Source of the DNA: a virus
IMG/VR virus record: IMGVR_UViG_3300003323_000257
Coordinates: 32,001 to 96,000 of that record
DNA length: 64,000 nt
Reading direction: 5' to 3' (one strand)
Shown one piece after another: positions 25,757 through 33,751 of this stretch. Positions within the stretch are counted from its first letter, which is position 1. Each line of letters begins with the position of its first letter. The translations under genes were made by a program, and so were the position numbers. Below the pieces are notes generated by a model, which saw only the letters and a program-made list of their open reading frames with translations, was not told where the DNA came from and did no database searches.

Positions 25757-26216
25757 CTTCATTGAAGTACGAGTCCGTGACGCGGTACGCGATGAGATGC
25801 GCAAACGATTGGCTTCAAGAAAATATCTGTCGAAATCGTATCGAGCATACCTGAGTCGTTTTCGTCGTCTTCATTGTCTGGAGTACCGTCAAGAAGGTGA
25901 AACTCCAATAGAGGCTTTCGGTCGGGTAATGAACGAACACCTTATCATGATGGCTAGCCGTCCTGGATTCGCGAGGCTGATGTTGGATAAAGACAGTCTG
26001 ATGATGCAGCAGTACAGAGAGGATCAAGCGAAGATAAAAGAAAAAGTCGACCACATTCTTGCACAGTTGCTTCCGTATGACCGTCGACTCAACTATGATC
26101 GTCACTGCATTGGCGGCCACATCACGGACATCGATAAAGGCTTTAATCCAAGGTACGGCACTTCTTTGACGGAAATCATCCTTGGTAGAAGTTATTCACC
26201 TTGTCCGGAGACGTAA
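25743..26216 (+). CDS. Hypothetical protein
   Basis: 157-aa ORF in a packed operon. Confidence 0.6.
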   Translation: MLRANFIEVRVRDAVRDEMRKRLASRKYLSKSYRAYLSRFRRLHCLEYRQEGETPIEAFGRVMNEHLIMMASRPGFARLMLDKDSLMMQQYREDQAKIKEKVDHILAQLLPYDRRLNYDRHCIGGHITDIDKGFNPRYGTSLTEIILGRSYSPCPET

Positions 26217-26540
26217 ATGGAAACTATCGATTTCACTCCTCATGATATCATCAAGGAAGTTACCAAAATAGGTGACGTTTCTGAGATTAGCCTCAGCAAG
26301 GATCTATTGAAACGATTAACCAATGGGCTGCATAAGCAGAAGGGTAATCCATTCGATAACTACTTCGATTACAACCATATGGAACCTAGTCGAAGGGGGT
26401 CAAAGAAAGTCCCTGTAGGCTATATGTTCGGTATGTTAGTCCTTGTCGACACCGACCTCATCGACAAAACTTTGATTCTCACTGGAGGACAAACTCAAAT
26501 GCGATTCATCGTTCGAGACCTACCATGTCCAGAATCCTAA
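26217..26540 (+). CDS. Hypothetical protein
   Basis: 107-aa ORF abutting the previous stop. Confidence 0.6.
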   Translation: METIDFTPHDIIKEVTKIGDVSEISLSKDLLKRLTNGLHKQKGNPFDNYFDYNHMEPSRRGSKKVPVGYMFGMLVLVDTDLIDKTLILTGGQTQMRFIVRDLPCPES

Positions 26541-26749
26541 CTGACACCGAAGCTCTTCACCGACTTTCCATTGGTGAAACCTTATACGTAGGCATCTGGG
26601 CGTACACGCGAAGTAGCCGCTACATGACGTGTGGGTGCTGCGACGACTCGGACGACTTCGAGGACATTGACGAGGCTATGGACAGCCTGCGCAAATGCAC
26701 CGACAACTTCACTCAATCATTCATCAATCTAAAGGAAGACAATGAGTAA
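26525..26749 (+). CDS. Small acidic protein with CGCC motif
   Basis: 74 aa, YMTCGCCDD. Confidence 0.6.
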   Translation: MSRILTDTEALHRLSIGETLYVGIWAYTRSSRYMTCGCCDDSDDFEDIDEAMDSLRKCTDNFTQSFINLKEDNE

Positions 26750-27668
26750 CTTACTGACCGACCGTGAGAATCAAATCAAAGTTAAGATCATCGCTGATTC
26801 CGTGGCACCGAATGGTGCGCGAATCACAAGCTACGAACTGGAATACCATCGCTACATTCATGCTGAATTCATGACGCACCGTGTGTTCTCCAAGAATGCG
26901 GCATCGTCGCGAGCTATCCCTGCCGCCAAACTTCTTCAATTGGTGCGAGATGAACCTATGCTGCCTGTACACCTCGGTATGAATCAGGGCGGCATGCAGG
27001 CTCAGCAGGAACTTCCGCCTGACGTACAGCAACGCATTCTGGATGTATGGGAAGAACTGGGCGGCATCATCGCTGACAAGGTGGAGTACTTGGCCTCGTT
27101 GGGTCTGCACAAGCAGGTTGTAAATCGTCCACTGGAGTCCATGCTGCCGATCAAGGTAATCGCCACAGGTACCGAGTACAACAACTTCTTCGAACTACGC
27201 GATTCCCAATATGCGCAGCCGGAGTTTCGCGTCCTGGCGCACAAGATGCGTGTGGCACGTGACGAATCAACTCCTACTCCATTAGCATACGGCGAATGGC
27301 ATCTTCCATACGTTACTACTGAAGATCGCCTGTGGGCAAAAATCAATGTTAAGAATGTCGACCGTACTCTTTGCTGGCTTTCGTCTGCGCGTTGTGCCCG
27401 TGTAACCCACGCACTAGGTGGCCTAACTTCCAAGACAATTGAGGAAGAGATCGGAAAAGGCAAGGAGTTGTTTGCTGTCAAACATATGAGTCCGTTTGAG
27501 CACATTGCTACACCTGCAGACTTCAGTACAGCTACTGAAGATGATGTAAAGGCTCTGATTGACCACCTGGCAACACCTGAATCAACTTGTCCTGCTGTCT
27601 TCGACGTACGCAATCTGCGCGGTTGGCGCTCCATGCGCTCCTACATCGAAAACGGTGAACTTCAATGA
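26742..27668 (+). CDS. thyX: Flavin-dependent thymidylate synthase (phage ThyX/Thy1 type)
   Basis: RYIHAEFMTHRVFSKNAASSRAIP, GLHKQVVNRPLE, AQPEF..LA, SARCARV, HMSPFEH. Confidence 0.8.
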   Translation: MSNLLTDRENQIKVKIIADSVAPNGARITSYELEYHRYIHAEFMTHRVFSKNAASSRAIPAAKLLQLVRDEPMLPVHLGMNQGGMQAQQELPPDVQQRILDVWEELGGIIADKVEYLASLGLHKQVVNRPLESMLPIKVIATGTEYNNFFELRDSQYAQPEFRVLAHKMRVARDESTPTPLAYGEWHLPYVTTEDRLWAKINVKNVDRTLCWLSSARCARVTHALGGLTSKTIEEEIGKGKELFAVKHMSPFEHIATPADFSTATEDDVKALIDHLATPESTCPAVFDVRNLRGWRSMRSYIENGELQ

Positions 27669-27958
27669 AAACCGTATTACATATCAAGGTGGGTTCAGAC
27701 GAGTATCCAGATCCAACTCCTGAGGATCTTGTGTCCGTCTTGGACGAATACACGGCACTATCAGAGACTCCATGGCCTACAGAAGAGTTTCATCTTAGTT
27801 CTGGTGAAGCCTTACTTTGGAAGATTCCAGATACCTACTCCGACGAGGAGCGTGCACATCTAAAATCTATGGTGGACTACGCACTCCGAGATACGCGAGG
27901 TGCCACCATAGTTACAAAACGAGATATTCAGTTCTATAAGAAAGGGGAAAAGCAATGA
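27665..27958 (+). CDS. Hypothetical protein
   Basis: 97-aa ORF with ATGA overlaps. Confidence 0.6.
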   Translation: MKTVLHIKVGSDEYPDPTPEDLVSVLDEYTALSETPWPTEEFHLSSGEALLWKIPDTYSDEERAHLKSMVDYALRDTRGATIVTKRDIQFYKKGEKQ

Positions 27959-29088
27959 GTGACTTGAAAGATGGTGAACCAACCGGTCTGTTAAATCACG
28001 ATGGTAGCATGATGGAGGTTAACTGCTACGTGCACGATCAAACAGGCGAAAAGCATCGCTGTGGTGTTCGTTGGGTGCCTATTACTGATGAAATAAAAGA
28101 AAAAATCATCAACGGTAATACTCAAACAGTAAGTATGGGTGCCATTGTGTCCGACGACATGAAAGCACGTATGCCAACGGAAGACCATCTAGCTGAAGTG
28201 GAAGCTAAAGCATGGAACAAACCTGACAAGTGGCCTTATATTGAAATAGGGAAAGAAGTCATGATACATGATGGTGGTGTTTGGACAGCTGCGGTTAAAG
28301 ATCGTGTATCACTGATTAACGTGCCTCCAGGCACAAATCATCAAAGGGCTAAGGAATGTCTGGCCGCCCACGAATCCTTAATTAAGGGTAAAGGTCTAAC
28401 CACCACCAAGATACCTGAGCCAGGACCAAATTATGGAACTGCAGACAATCCATTGTTAGCCGAAGCTACAAAGCAAACGGTAGAAGAAAATTCTGTAGGA
28501 AGCAAAGGCACCATACACTCTCCGTTTGAACGCGGTGCACAGTCCTTGTGGTCAAAGAAAATCAATAATGAGGTCGTTGGATTTCAACCGGACTCTGTAA
28601 GCTTGACTACAGAAGGCGTTCAAATGTGCGGGCGCGGTTTCGTGAACACTGGTACCAGTCATTTAGAAACCGAAATCACTGTAGGTCCAGGCTTAACGTC
28701 TCCAGATAGCGTTGTTACTTACGATCCGACACCAGAACAGCGTAAGGAAATCGCACGCGAATACGCGCTGTCGATTATCACTGAATTTGAGTTCCGTGCC
28801 AAGGCTGCAGAACATTCTGGACACAACGTCAATTACTACTCGGTCCCTGTGCGCAATCCAAAACGTCCGGAGCGCCTTCCATACATCTTCGAAGTCGAAG
28901 ATTTGATACAAGCGCTCCGACTGAACTTCCATGAAGGCACAGTGTTGAAATCGTTGATTCGCTCTGCTACTGAACGAGAACTCGGTTTGGTTAAACAAGG
29001 AGGTGACTCCATTCGTGATGCAGAGAAAATGATACATAGTTCGCAGGAACTTCTGCGAGATCGTAAGTTGACACGAGATTCGAAATGA
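27955..29088 (+). CDS. Protein with C-terminal DUF3310 (T7 gp1.7-like nucleotide kinase) domain
   Basis: C-terminal NYY...FEVEDLIQAL.LNFHEGTVLKSLIR...DAEKMIH resembles the DUF3310 pattern. Confidence 0.55.
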   Translation: MSDLKDGEPTGLLNHDGSMMEVNCYVHDQTGEKHRCGVRWVPITDEIKEKIINGNTQTVSMGAIVSDDMKARMPTEDHLAEVEAKAWNKPDKWPYIEIGKEVMIHDGGVWTAAVKDRVSLINVPPGTNHQRAKECLAAHESLIKGKGLTTTKIPEPGPNYGTADNPLLAEATKQTVEENSVGSKGTIHSPFERGAQSLWSKKINNEVVGFQPDSVSLTTEGVQMCGRGFVNTGTSHLETEITVGPGLTSPDSVVTYDPTPEQRKEIAREYALSIITEFEFRAKAAEHSGHNVNYYSVPVRNPKRPERLPYIFEVEDLIQALRLNFHEGTVLKSLIRSATERELGLVKQGGDSIRDAEKMIHSSQELLRDRKLTRDSK

Positions 29089-29522
29089 CTACCAACTACA
29101 GCACCAGAACCCGTCAACGTAACGTAGACTACAGGGCTATCCTAGATTATGTAAGGAAAAATCCTAACGTTACCGCTTCTGCTGTAGTGCAAGCCTTTCC
29201 TCATTTATCTGTGGCCAAAGTTGAAAAAGCAATGACTGTACTTCAACGGATGAACTTCTTATATGTCTCTCGTAAGGAGAAGTCACATGGAGTTTCTTAC
29301 CGCCATTACTATTCGGTAGCAGATTATAGTGAAGAATATTTGGACCAGGAGCTGCCCTTGGAGCGACCAAAAGACTACATTAGGTCATATAAGGTGAAAC
29401 CTAAATCCTATGTGGTGTCTAACGTTGCACGAGATCCATTGGACACCTATTTGATGGGTTCTGGTGAAGCCCCGAGTTTAGCCTTTCACAGGAGTCAATA
29501 TGTCTCTACTGCATCCAAATAG
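29085..29522 (+). CDS. Winged-helix DNA-binding protein, paralogue A
   Basis: AILDYVRKNPNVTASAV...VEKAMTVL...L; C-terminal RDPL...LMGSGEAPSL.F. Confidence 0.6.
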   Translation: MTTNYSTRTRQRNVDYRAILDYVRKNPNVTASAVVQAFPHLSVAKVEKAMTVLQRMNFLYVSRKEKSHGVSYRHYYSVADYSEEYLDQELPLERPKDYIRSYKVKPKSYVVSNVARDPLDTYLMGSGEAPSLAFHRSQYVSTASK

Positions 29523-29994
29523 AAAGCCTACCAAAGCTACGCTGGATCGGCACCACAAATGGATGAAGGCCATTCAGTTTATGGAAGACATGCAGGAGGC
29601 CACCACTGTTGATCTGGCCGTCTATACGGATCAATCTCCATCTGCCGGTAGAAATATGGTTCGAGCCTTTGTGGAGGCAAAACTAATAGAGCATGTACGC
29701 AATGAGCCTGGAGGACGCGGTAAGGAACATGCAGTCTACCGTATCGTAGCAGGAGCCAAGGTAAAAGCCTCGCAACTTTATCCTACAGAAATAGAAGGTA
29801 AGGAATTCGCCCCAAGAGTTCCTACCCGGACTCCAGGTCAGCACCTGATGGCCGATGAGTACCGTCCTCCACAACCTTTGAGTTCAGTGCGTGTGCGCAG
29901 AGATCCTTTGGTAATTGCTTTGTGTGGTCATGGTAGGGCCCCTAGTCTGAATTTCATGGATTCAAATCAGGGAGGTGAAAATGCTGACGCTTAA
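29500..29994 (+). CDS. Winged-helix DNA-binding protein, paralogue B
   Basis: ATTVDLA..TDQSPSAGRNMVRAFVEAKLI; C-terminal RDPL...LCGHGRAPSL.F. Confidence 0.6.
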   Translation: MSLLHPNRKPTKATLDRHHKWMKAIQFMEDMQEATTVDLAVYTDQSPSAGRNMVRAFVEAKLIEHVRNEPGGRGKEHAVYRIVAGAKVKASQLYPTEIEGKEFAPRVPTRTPGQHLMADEYRPPQPLSSVRVRRDPLVIALCGHGRAPSLNFMDSNQGGENADA

Positions 29995-30406
29995 ACAGTT
30001 CATGACCAAAACAGACGAAGGACGCAAACAGCGCGCTCAGTACGTTCGAATCGTTGGTCTTAAAACCGGCTACCTCAAATCAGGATTAGGATATGTGGCG
30101 TGTAAGTCCTATTCAACTCATAAGGTAAATGAGCAAGGCCGTTTGGTTCGTGTTCCGAACCCTGAGCACCACATTACAGTGATTACGTTTATCGATAAAA
30201 AGCTACACGTACACCATGCGTGTTCTTGCCAAGACAATTTGTTCCGATGGGAGTGGGCGAACACGCAGAAGAATGCATCCGAAATCGAATACTCCAACGG
30301 TGAGCCTCCTACCACTACCAATCCTCGCTTCAAAAACTCTTTGTGCAAGCACGGGGTTGCTCTGGTAGAGAGAATTCGTCCTAAACTTCCTCCTGGTACT
30401 GTATGA
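29981..30406 (+). CDS. SWIM zinc-finger protein
   Basis: HACSCQD...W...NPRFKNSLCKHGVAL (CxC...CxH); GGAGG RBS. Confidence 0.65.
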   Translation: MLTLKQFMTKTDEGRKQRAQYVRIVGLKTGYLKSGLGYVACKSYSTHKVNEQGRLVRVPNPEHHITVITFIDKKLHVHHACSCQDNLFRWEWANTQKNASEIEYSNGEPPTTTNPRFKNSLCKHGVALVERIRPKLPPGTV

Positions 30407-31377
30407 GCGCGCAATACGAACACTCTATAGTCTTCCAAAGGATGAAGACTGTAAAAGAAAAAATCCAAACCAACTATACCAGTCTTCAGTATCTACAGAC
30501 GTTAAACCATTTCTTATGGAAAGCCTTGCAACCGATTGCTATTGAGTGTCCTGAATTCTTTAAGGGCTACCTATGCAAGGTAGTAGCTCGTCAGACCATT
30601 AAGGCCAGTGCTAAATTTACTTCCAATGATCGGCAGAAACTTCCTGTACAGCTATTCAATTGCTTAAGGTCTACCGACCAGAAAATGCTGGACCTAGCCA
30701 AGGATATGCACGTTAACCGAGGTTTGCTGTTTGGTTTGATTTCGTTCTTTTTGAACCACGTGGAGACCTATAAAAGGCTACATGAGAAAGCGGCCTTGTC
30801 AGTTCGTACCCGAAGTATCTGTTGGCAAGTGGAACGCCAGCTAGGATTGCGCGACGGAGGGGAACTATATCAGGCTATTCTAGAAGTTGAATACTGGTCA
30901 ATAAAGGCACGAACCTGGAAAGAGCAAATCATCGAGAAGTACACTCGCATGGCCCTTCTGCAGGCACAGGCGACATATAAGGACTACAACCATGTGGTAC
31001 GCTTAGACGACATTGTCCAGATTTACCTTATGGTTGTGTCCAGGGCTATTGATCGATGTGATTCGCGCCACGGGGTTATTACAACCTTCATGCAGTCTTG
31101 GTTCAAGTCTGCCAAATCCGAGGTGGCAAAACTTGCTGAGGGTCATCAGGATAGTTCGTACGAAGGATTAATCGATGAGCACGGCGATGCTGTTCACGAC
31201 ATACTAGGAGTGTCTGCTCCTGATATGTCGTTCGAAATGTGGCAGCACATAGCATATATAGGCAGACAGGTTGACCCTGAGGGACTGGTTCGTACCAAGC
31301 TGAACATTCCTCAGTACGTAAGTCTTAAACATCGGAAGCTATTACAGGAATTCGTCTATGAAGGACCGCCAGGATGA
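30403..31377 (+). CDS. Divergent phage sigma factor
   Basis: QIIEKYTRMALLQAQ..Y (2.1), LDDIVQ..LMVVSRAIDRCDSRHG.ITTFMQSW (2.2-2.4) and SSYEGLIDEHGDAVHDIL (3.2-like); no clear region 4.2. Confidence 0.65.
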   Translation: MSAQYEHSIVFQRMKTVKEKIQTNYTSLQYLQTLNHFLWKALQPIAIECPEFFKGYLCKVVARQTIKASAKFTSNDRQKLPVQLFNCLRSTDQKMLDLAKDMHVNRGLLFGLISFFLNHVETYKRLHEKAALSVRTRSICWQVERQLGLRDGGELYQAILEVEYWSIKARTWKEQIIEKYTRMALLQAQATYKDYNHVVRLDDIVQIYLMVVSRAIDRCDSRHGVITTFMQSWFKSAKSEVAKLAEGHQDSSYEGLIDEHGDAVHDILGVSAPDMSFEMWQHIAYIGRQVDPEGLVRTKLNIPQYVSLKHRKLLQEFVYEGPPG

Positions 31378-31730
31378 GCAATGACTTAATGACCGCGGCG
31401 CTTCAAGCTCAGGTATCTGATCTCAAGAGGTCGCAGAAGCATGCAAACGAAATGGTTTCACGCTTGATGGCACAGTCAATGACTGAAGAACAGCGCATTG
31501 GGGTCTTCGAGACCGTGATGAAGCATTTGACCGAGAACGATAACTGCAAGGCCAACCAACTGACAGGCATCATACGAACCACTCTGTTTGGTCTTAATGA
31601 TGTTGCGCAGACTACGACTGATGAGGCCACCAAATCACGGCTCATCGAGATGATTAAGGCTCTCAATGTATCCATCGGCTACGAAGAAACTGCGCGTATG
31701 GTCGTCGAGAAATCTCAATCATTGTGCTAG
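31374..31730 (+). CDS. Hypothetical coiled-coil protein
   Basis: 118-aa ORF, ATGA overlap. Confidence 0.65.
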   Translation: MSNDLMTAALQAQVSDLKRSQKHANEMVSRLMAQSMTEEQRIGVFETVMKHLTENDNCKANQLTGIIRTTLFGLNDVAQTTTDEATKSRLIEMIKALNVSIGYEETARMVVEKSQSLC

Positions 31731-31736
31731 TAAATA
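31729..31736 (+). promoter_or_regulatory. Putative phage promoter, AGTAAATA motif
   Basis: Motif at the start of a 100-nt intergenic leader. Confidence 0.6.
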
Positions 31737-31741
31737 AATCT

Positions 31742-31810
31742 GCGTCATTGAGACGCTTCGCTTCCTGGATGGGCGTCCATCGCCAGGCGTTAGTGGGCAA
31801 CGAAACCACT
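31742..31810 (+). ncRNA. Three-hairpin structured leader
   Basis: gcgtc/gacgc, cctgg.atgg/ccat.ccagg and agtgg/ccact stems packed between the promoter motif and RBS. Confidence 0.4.
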
Positions 31811-31829
31811 CAACCAAAGGAGAAGTACC

Positions 31830-32375
31830 ATGAAACAAACCAATACCCCAATCGGTCACGAGTTTCTGAATAGGCTGTCGGACGATCAGATCGTCAAGGC
31901 TGTACGACATAATATTCCGATCTTCATGGGAGAGCGTAATAGCAAAGGCGGTCTGAGTTTCAAATGCCCAGCCTGCAAACGCAAACATCATCACGACGCT
32001 GAACCTGGGTTTAAGTCTCCAAATTGTTTTGCGAAGCCCCCAGTACATTCAGCAGGTTACTTCGTGCTTGAGCCTCTCACTGACAAAGGTGTAATGGCAG
32101 TGGAAAATATCAAACGGTCTAAAGTTGAAACCTTCTTGAAAGGGATCGGAGATAAACCGTTTAGTATCGACTACGTTAAGCAAGATAAGACGGAACGAAG
32201 CCTTACGGGACGTCTTGACGTAATTCCACTGAAAGGTGGGAAGAACAAAGTGGAAGCACTTGATCGTTCTTACCTTACGGTCTTTGACGTGGAGGCTAAT
32301 GGATACCGAACGGTAAACATCTCGACTGCCAATCGCCTTCGTGTGAATGGTGTGGCCTACGACGTAATCGACTAA
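31830..32375 (+). CDS. Zn-binding domain + C-terminal Sm-like/WYL_2-type beta-barrel protein
   Basis: FKCPACKRKHHH...SPNC; FSIDYVKQDKTERSLTGRL...YLTVFDVEANGYRTVNI. Confidence 0.6.
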   Translation: MKQTNTPIGHEFLNRLSDDQIVKAVRHNIPIFMGERNSKGGLSFKCPACKRKHHHDAEPGFKSPNCFAKPPVHSAGYFVLEPLTDKGVMAVENIKRSKVETFLKGIGDKPFSIDYVKQDKTERSLTGRLDVIPLKGGKNKVEALDRSYLTVFDVEANGYRTVNISTANRLRVNGVAYDVID

Positions 32376-32393
32376 GCAGTACGGCGACAGCCG

Positions 32394-32429
32394 GGAGAGT
32401 CGTTCGTGTTCCATATTGAACGACTCTCC
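32394..32429. terminator. 12-bp hairpin after 31830-32375
   Basis: ggagagtcgttc ... gaacgactctcc; A-rich 3' side on +, i.e. a U tract on the - strand behind the convergent endonuclease gene. Confidence 0.55.
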
Positions 32430-32443
32430 AAAACACAGAACAC

Positions 32444-32451
32444 AGTAAATA
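32444..32451 (+). promoter_or_regulatory. Putative phage promoter, AGTAAATA motif (orphaned by insertion)
   Basis: Followed by AAGGAG and an ATG whose frame is truncated after 14 codons. Confidence 0.6.
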
Positions 32452-32483
32452 ATCGAGTAGTTATTATCAACCAAGGAGCAAAG

Positions 32484-32528
32484 ATGGCAAAGAAACCTAC
32501 GGCTTATATTTGTATACGCGAGGCTTGA
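32484..32528 (+). pseudogene. Stranded 5' stub (MAKKP...) of the SSB gene
   Basis: Promoter + strong RBS + atggcaaagaaa mirrors atggcaaaacga at 33752; it runs into the stop codon of the minus-strand endonuclease. Confidence 0.5.
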
Positions 32529-33603
32529 ATTTTCCATTGCCTAGCACAATAAGAACAACTCGATAGCCTGCGTCCAAGCAAGCACGGAGTTTTCTTTTAA
32601 GTTTAGGCTTATCCAGTTCAAGAGTATATGTCGACTTTACCTCAACCACAGTTCTTCCATTTATCAGCATATCTGGATGGTATACTCTGCTGCCTTTGTA
32701 GTTGTAGCGTATAGTCGGAATTCCTTTCTTTGTACCTGCGAGTATTGATTGTGGTTTTACTCCCAAACGGGAGATGAGATACTTTATAGCCTGTGGTTCG
32801 AATCCTTGCAATCCGGTAAATGTGTAGCCTTTGAACTTTAAGGTTTTAAACCCGTAGGTACTTCTTTGTATTCTTTGCAGAACTGTTTTACTTTGAGATG
32901 GATGCCTAGTTCCATGATTCGCAAAACTGGTTGCTTCGTATCCAGATATGTAGGCTGCCTTCCATTCAGGATCTTTATGGTTAGCCTTCAAGGTCTCTGC
33001 CGCCTTCAAAATCACTTCAGGATCTTGATGAGCATTTCTAACTCCATACTTGGCTAAACACGAAGCTTCGTAGGTTTCTAGGTAAGCGGATTTGTACTCA
33101 GGATCTTTAAACAAGGCTTTCTTAGCTTTCGATATACGCTCACCTGATTTTTCATATTTGCATTTAGGAGAACAAAACTCAGCTGTACAATAATTCCACG
33201 GAGTTAGTTTAGGTTTTAAGGCCAATCCGCAATGACAGGTCCCGTGGAGTAGTTCATTCCAACGGTATAAACTTGTCCAATACTCCTCAGTGCTTTTGTA
33301 TTTTGAGAGTTCTAACTGTTTAGCTTTCCTACGTGCTTTATATTGAGCCCAGTTTTCATTATCCTTCTTTTCTGGATAAGGAAAAATAATCGTCTCAACA
33401 AAAGTTATCAAACGTGGAGATAAGGCAGATTTGTATTTGTTGAAGACCTCGATAATAAGTTTTCTGCGCGTAGCTTGTGTATTCTTGGAGCCTTGACTGC
33501 TTTCACTTTTTCTATTTATAAGCGGCGCAAGTCGAATTCTTAATTCCTTGAAGAATCTGGAGTTGTTATGTTTATGGGAGGTGCTGGTAGGTGACTTAGA
33601 CAT
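32497..33603 (-). mobile_element. Putative PD-(D/E)XK homing endonuclease
   Basis: YHPDMLINGRTVVEVKSTYT nuclease motif, Cys cluster CHCG...CTAEFCSPKC, and repeated Y...C/F...YG/HG...H.S/DQ units; the only minus-strand gene in the region. Confidence 0.7.
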
Positions 33604-33618
33604 GACTTACTCTAATGA

Positions 33619-33626
33619 AGTAAATA
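33619..33626 (+). promoter_or_regulatory. Putative phage promoter, AGTAAATA motif (replacement promoter for SSB)
   Basis: Second copy of the motif on the far side of the endonuclease. Confidence 0.55.
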
Positions 33627-33639
33627 AGTAGTGAGGGTT

Positions 33640-33715
33640 GTACAATGCAGCCTAGATACGAGTGTCATTAGCACGTCGCTCACGAGATGATCAGTCTCTT
33701 CGTGCTGCATTGTAC
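33640..33715 (-). ncRNA. Structured leader of the endonuclease gene
   Basis: Perfect 12-bp closing stem gtacaatgcagc/gctgcattgtac enclosing two small hairpins. Confidence 0.45.
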
Positions 33716-33718
33716 TTA

Positions 33719-33728
33719 ATTAAATTGT
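33719..33728 (-). promoter_or_regulatory. Putative late promoter, ACAATTTAAT motif
   Basis: Reverse complement is an exact copy of the 10-mer at 45907 and 57049. Confidence 0.55.
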
Positions 33729-33751
33729 GTAAAACATAGGAGTAATAAATA

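Noticed and set aside
26742-27668. ThyX as a pyrimidine hydroxymethylase supplying the glycosyltransferase
   Set aside because: Known dCMP/dUMP hydroxymethylases are ThyA-fold; this gene has ordinary phage ThyX motifs and lies outside the locus.
31760-31810. Hammerhead ribozyme (CGAAAC seen)
   Set aside because: The required CUGANGA core is absent and the stems do not form the three-way topology.
32790-32815. GGTTCGAATCC T-loop-like tRNA motif
   Set aside because: It lies inside the minus-strand endonuclease (GLQGFEPQ); no acceptor, D or anticodon arms can be built.
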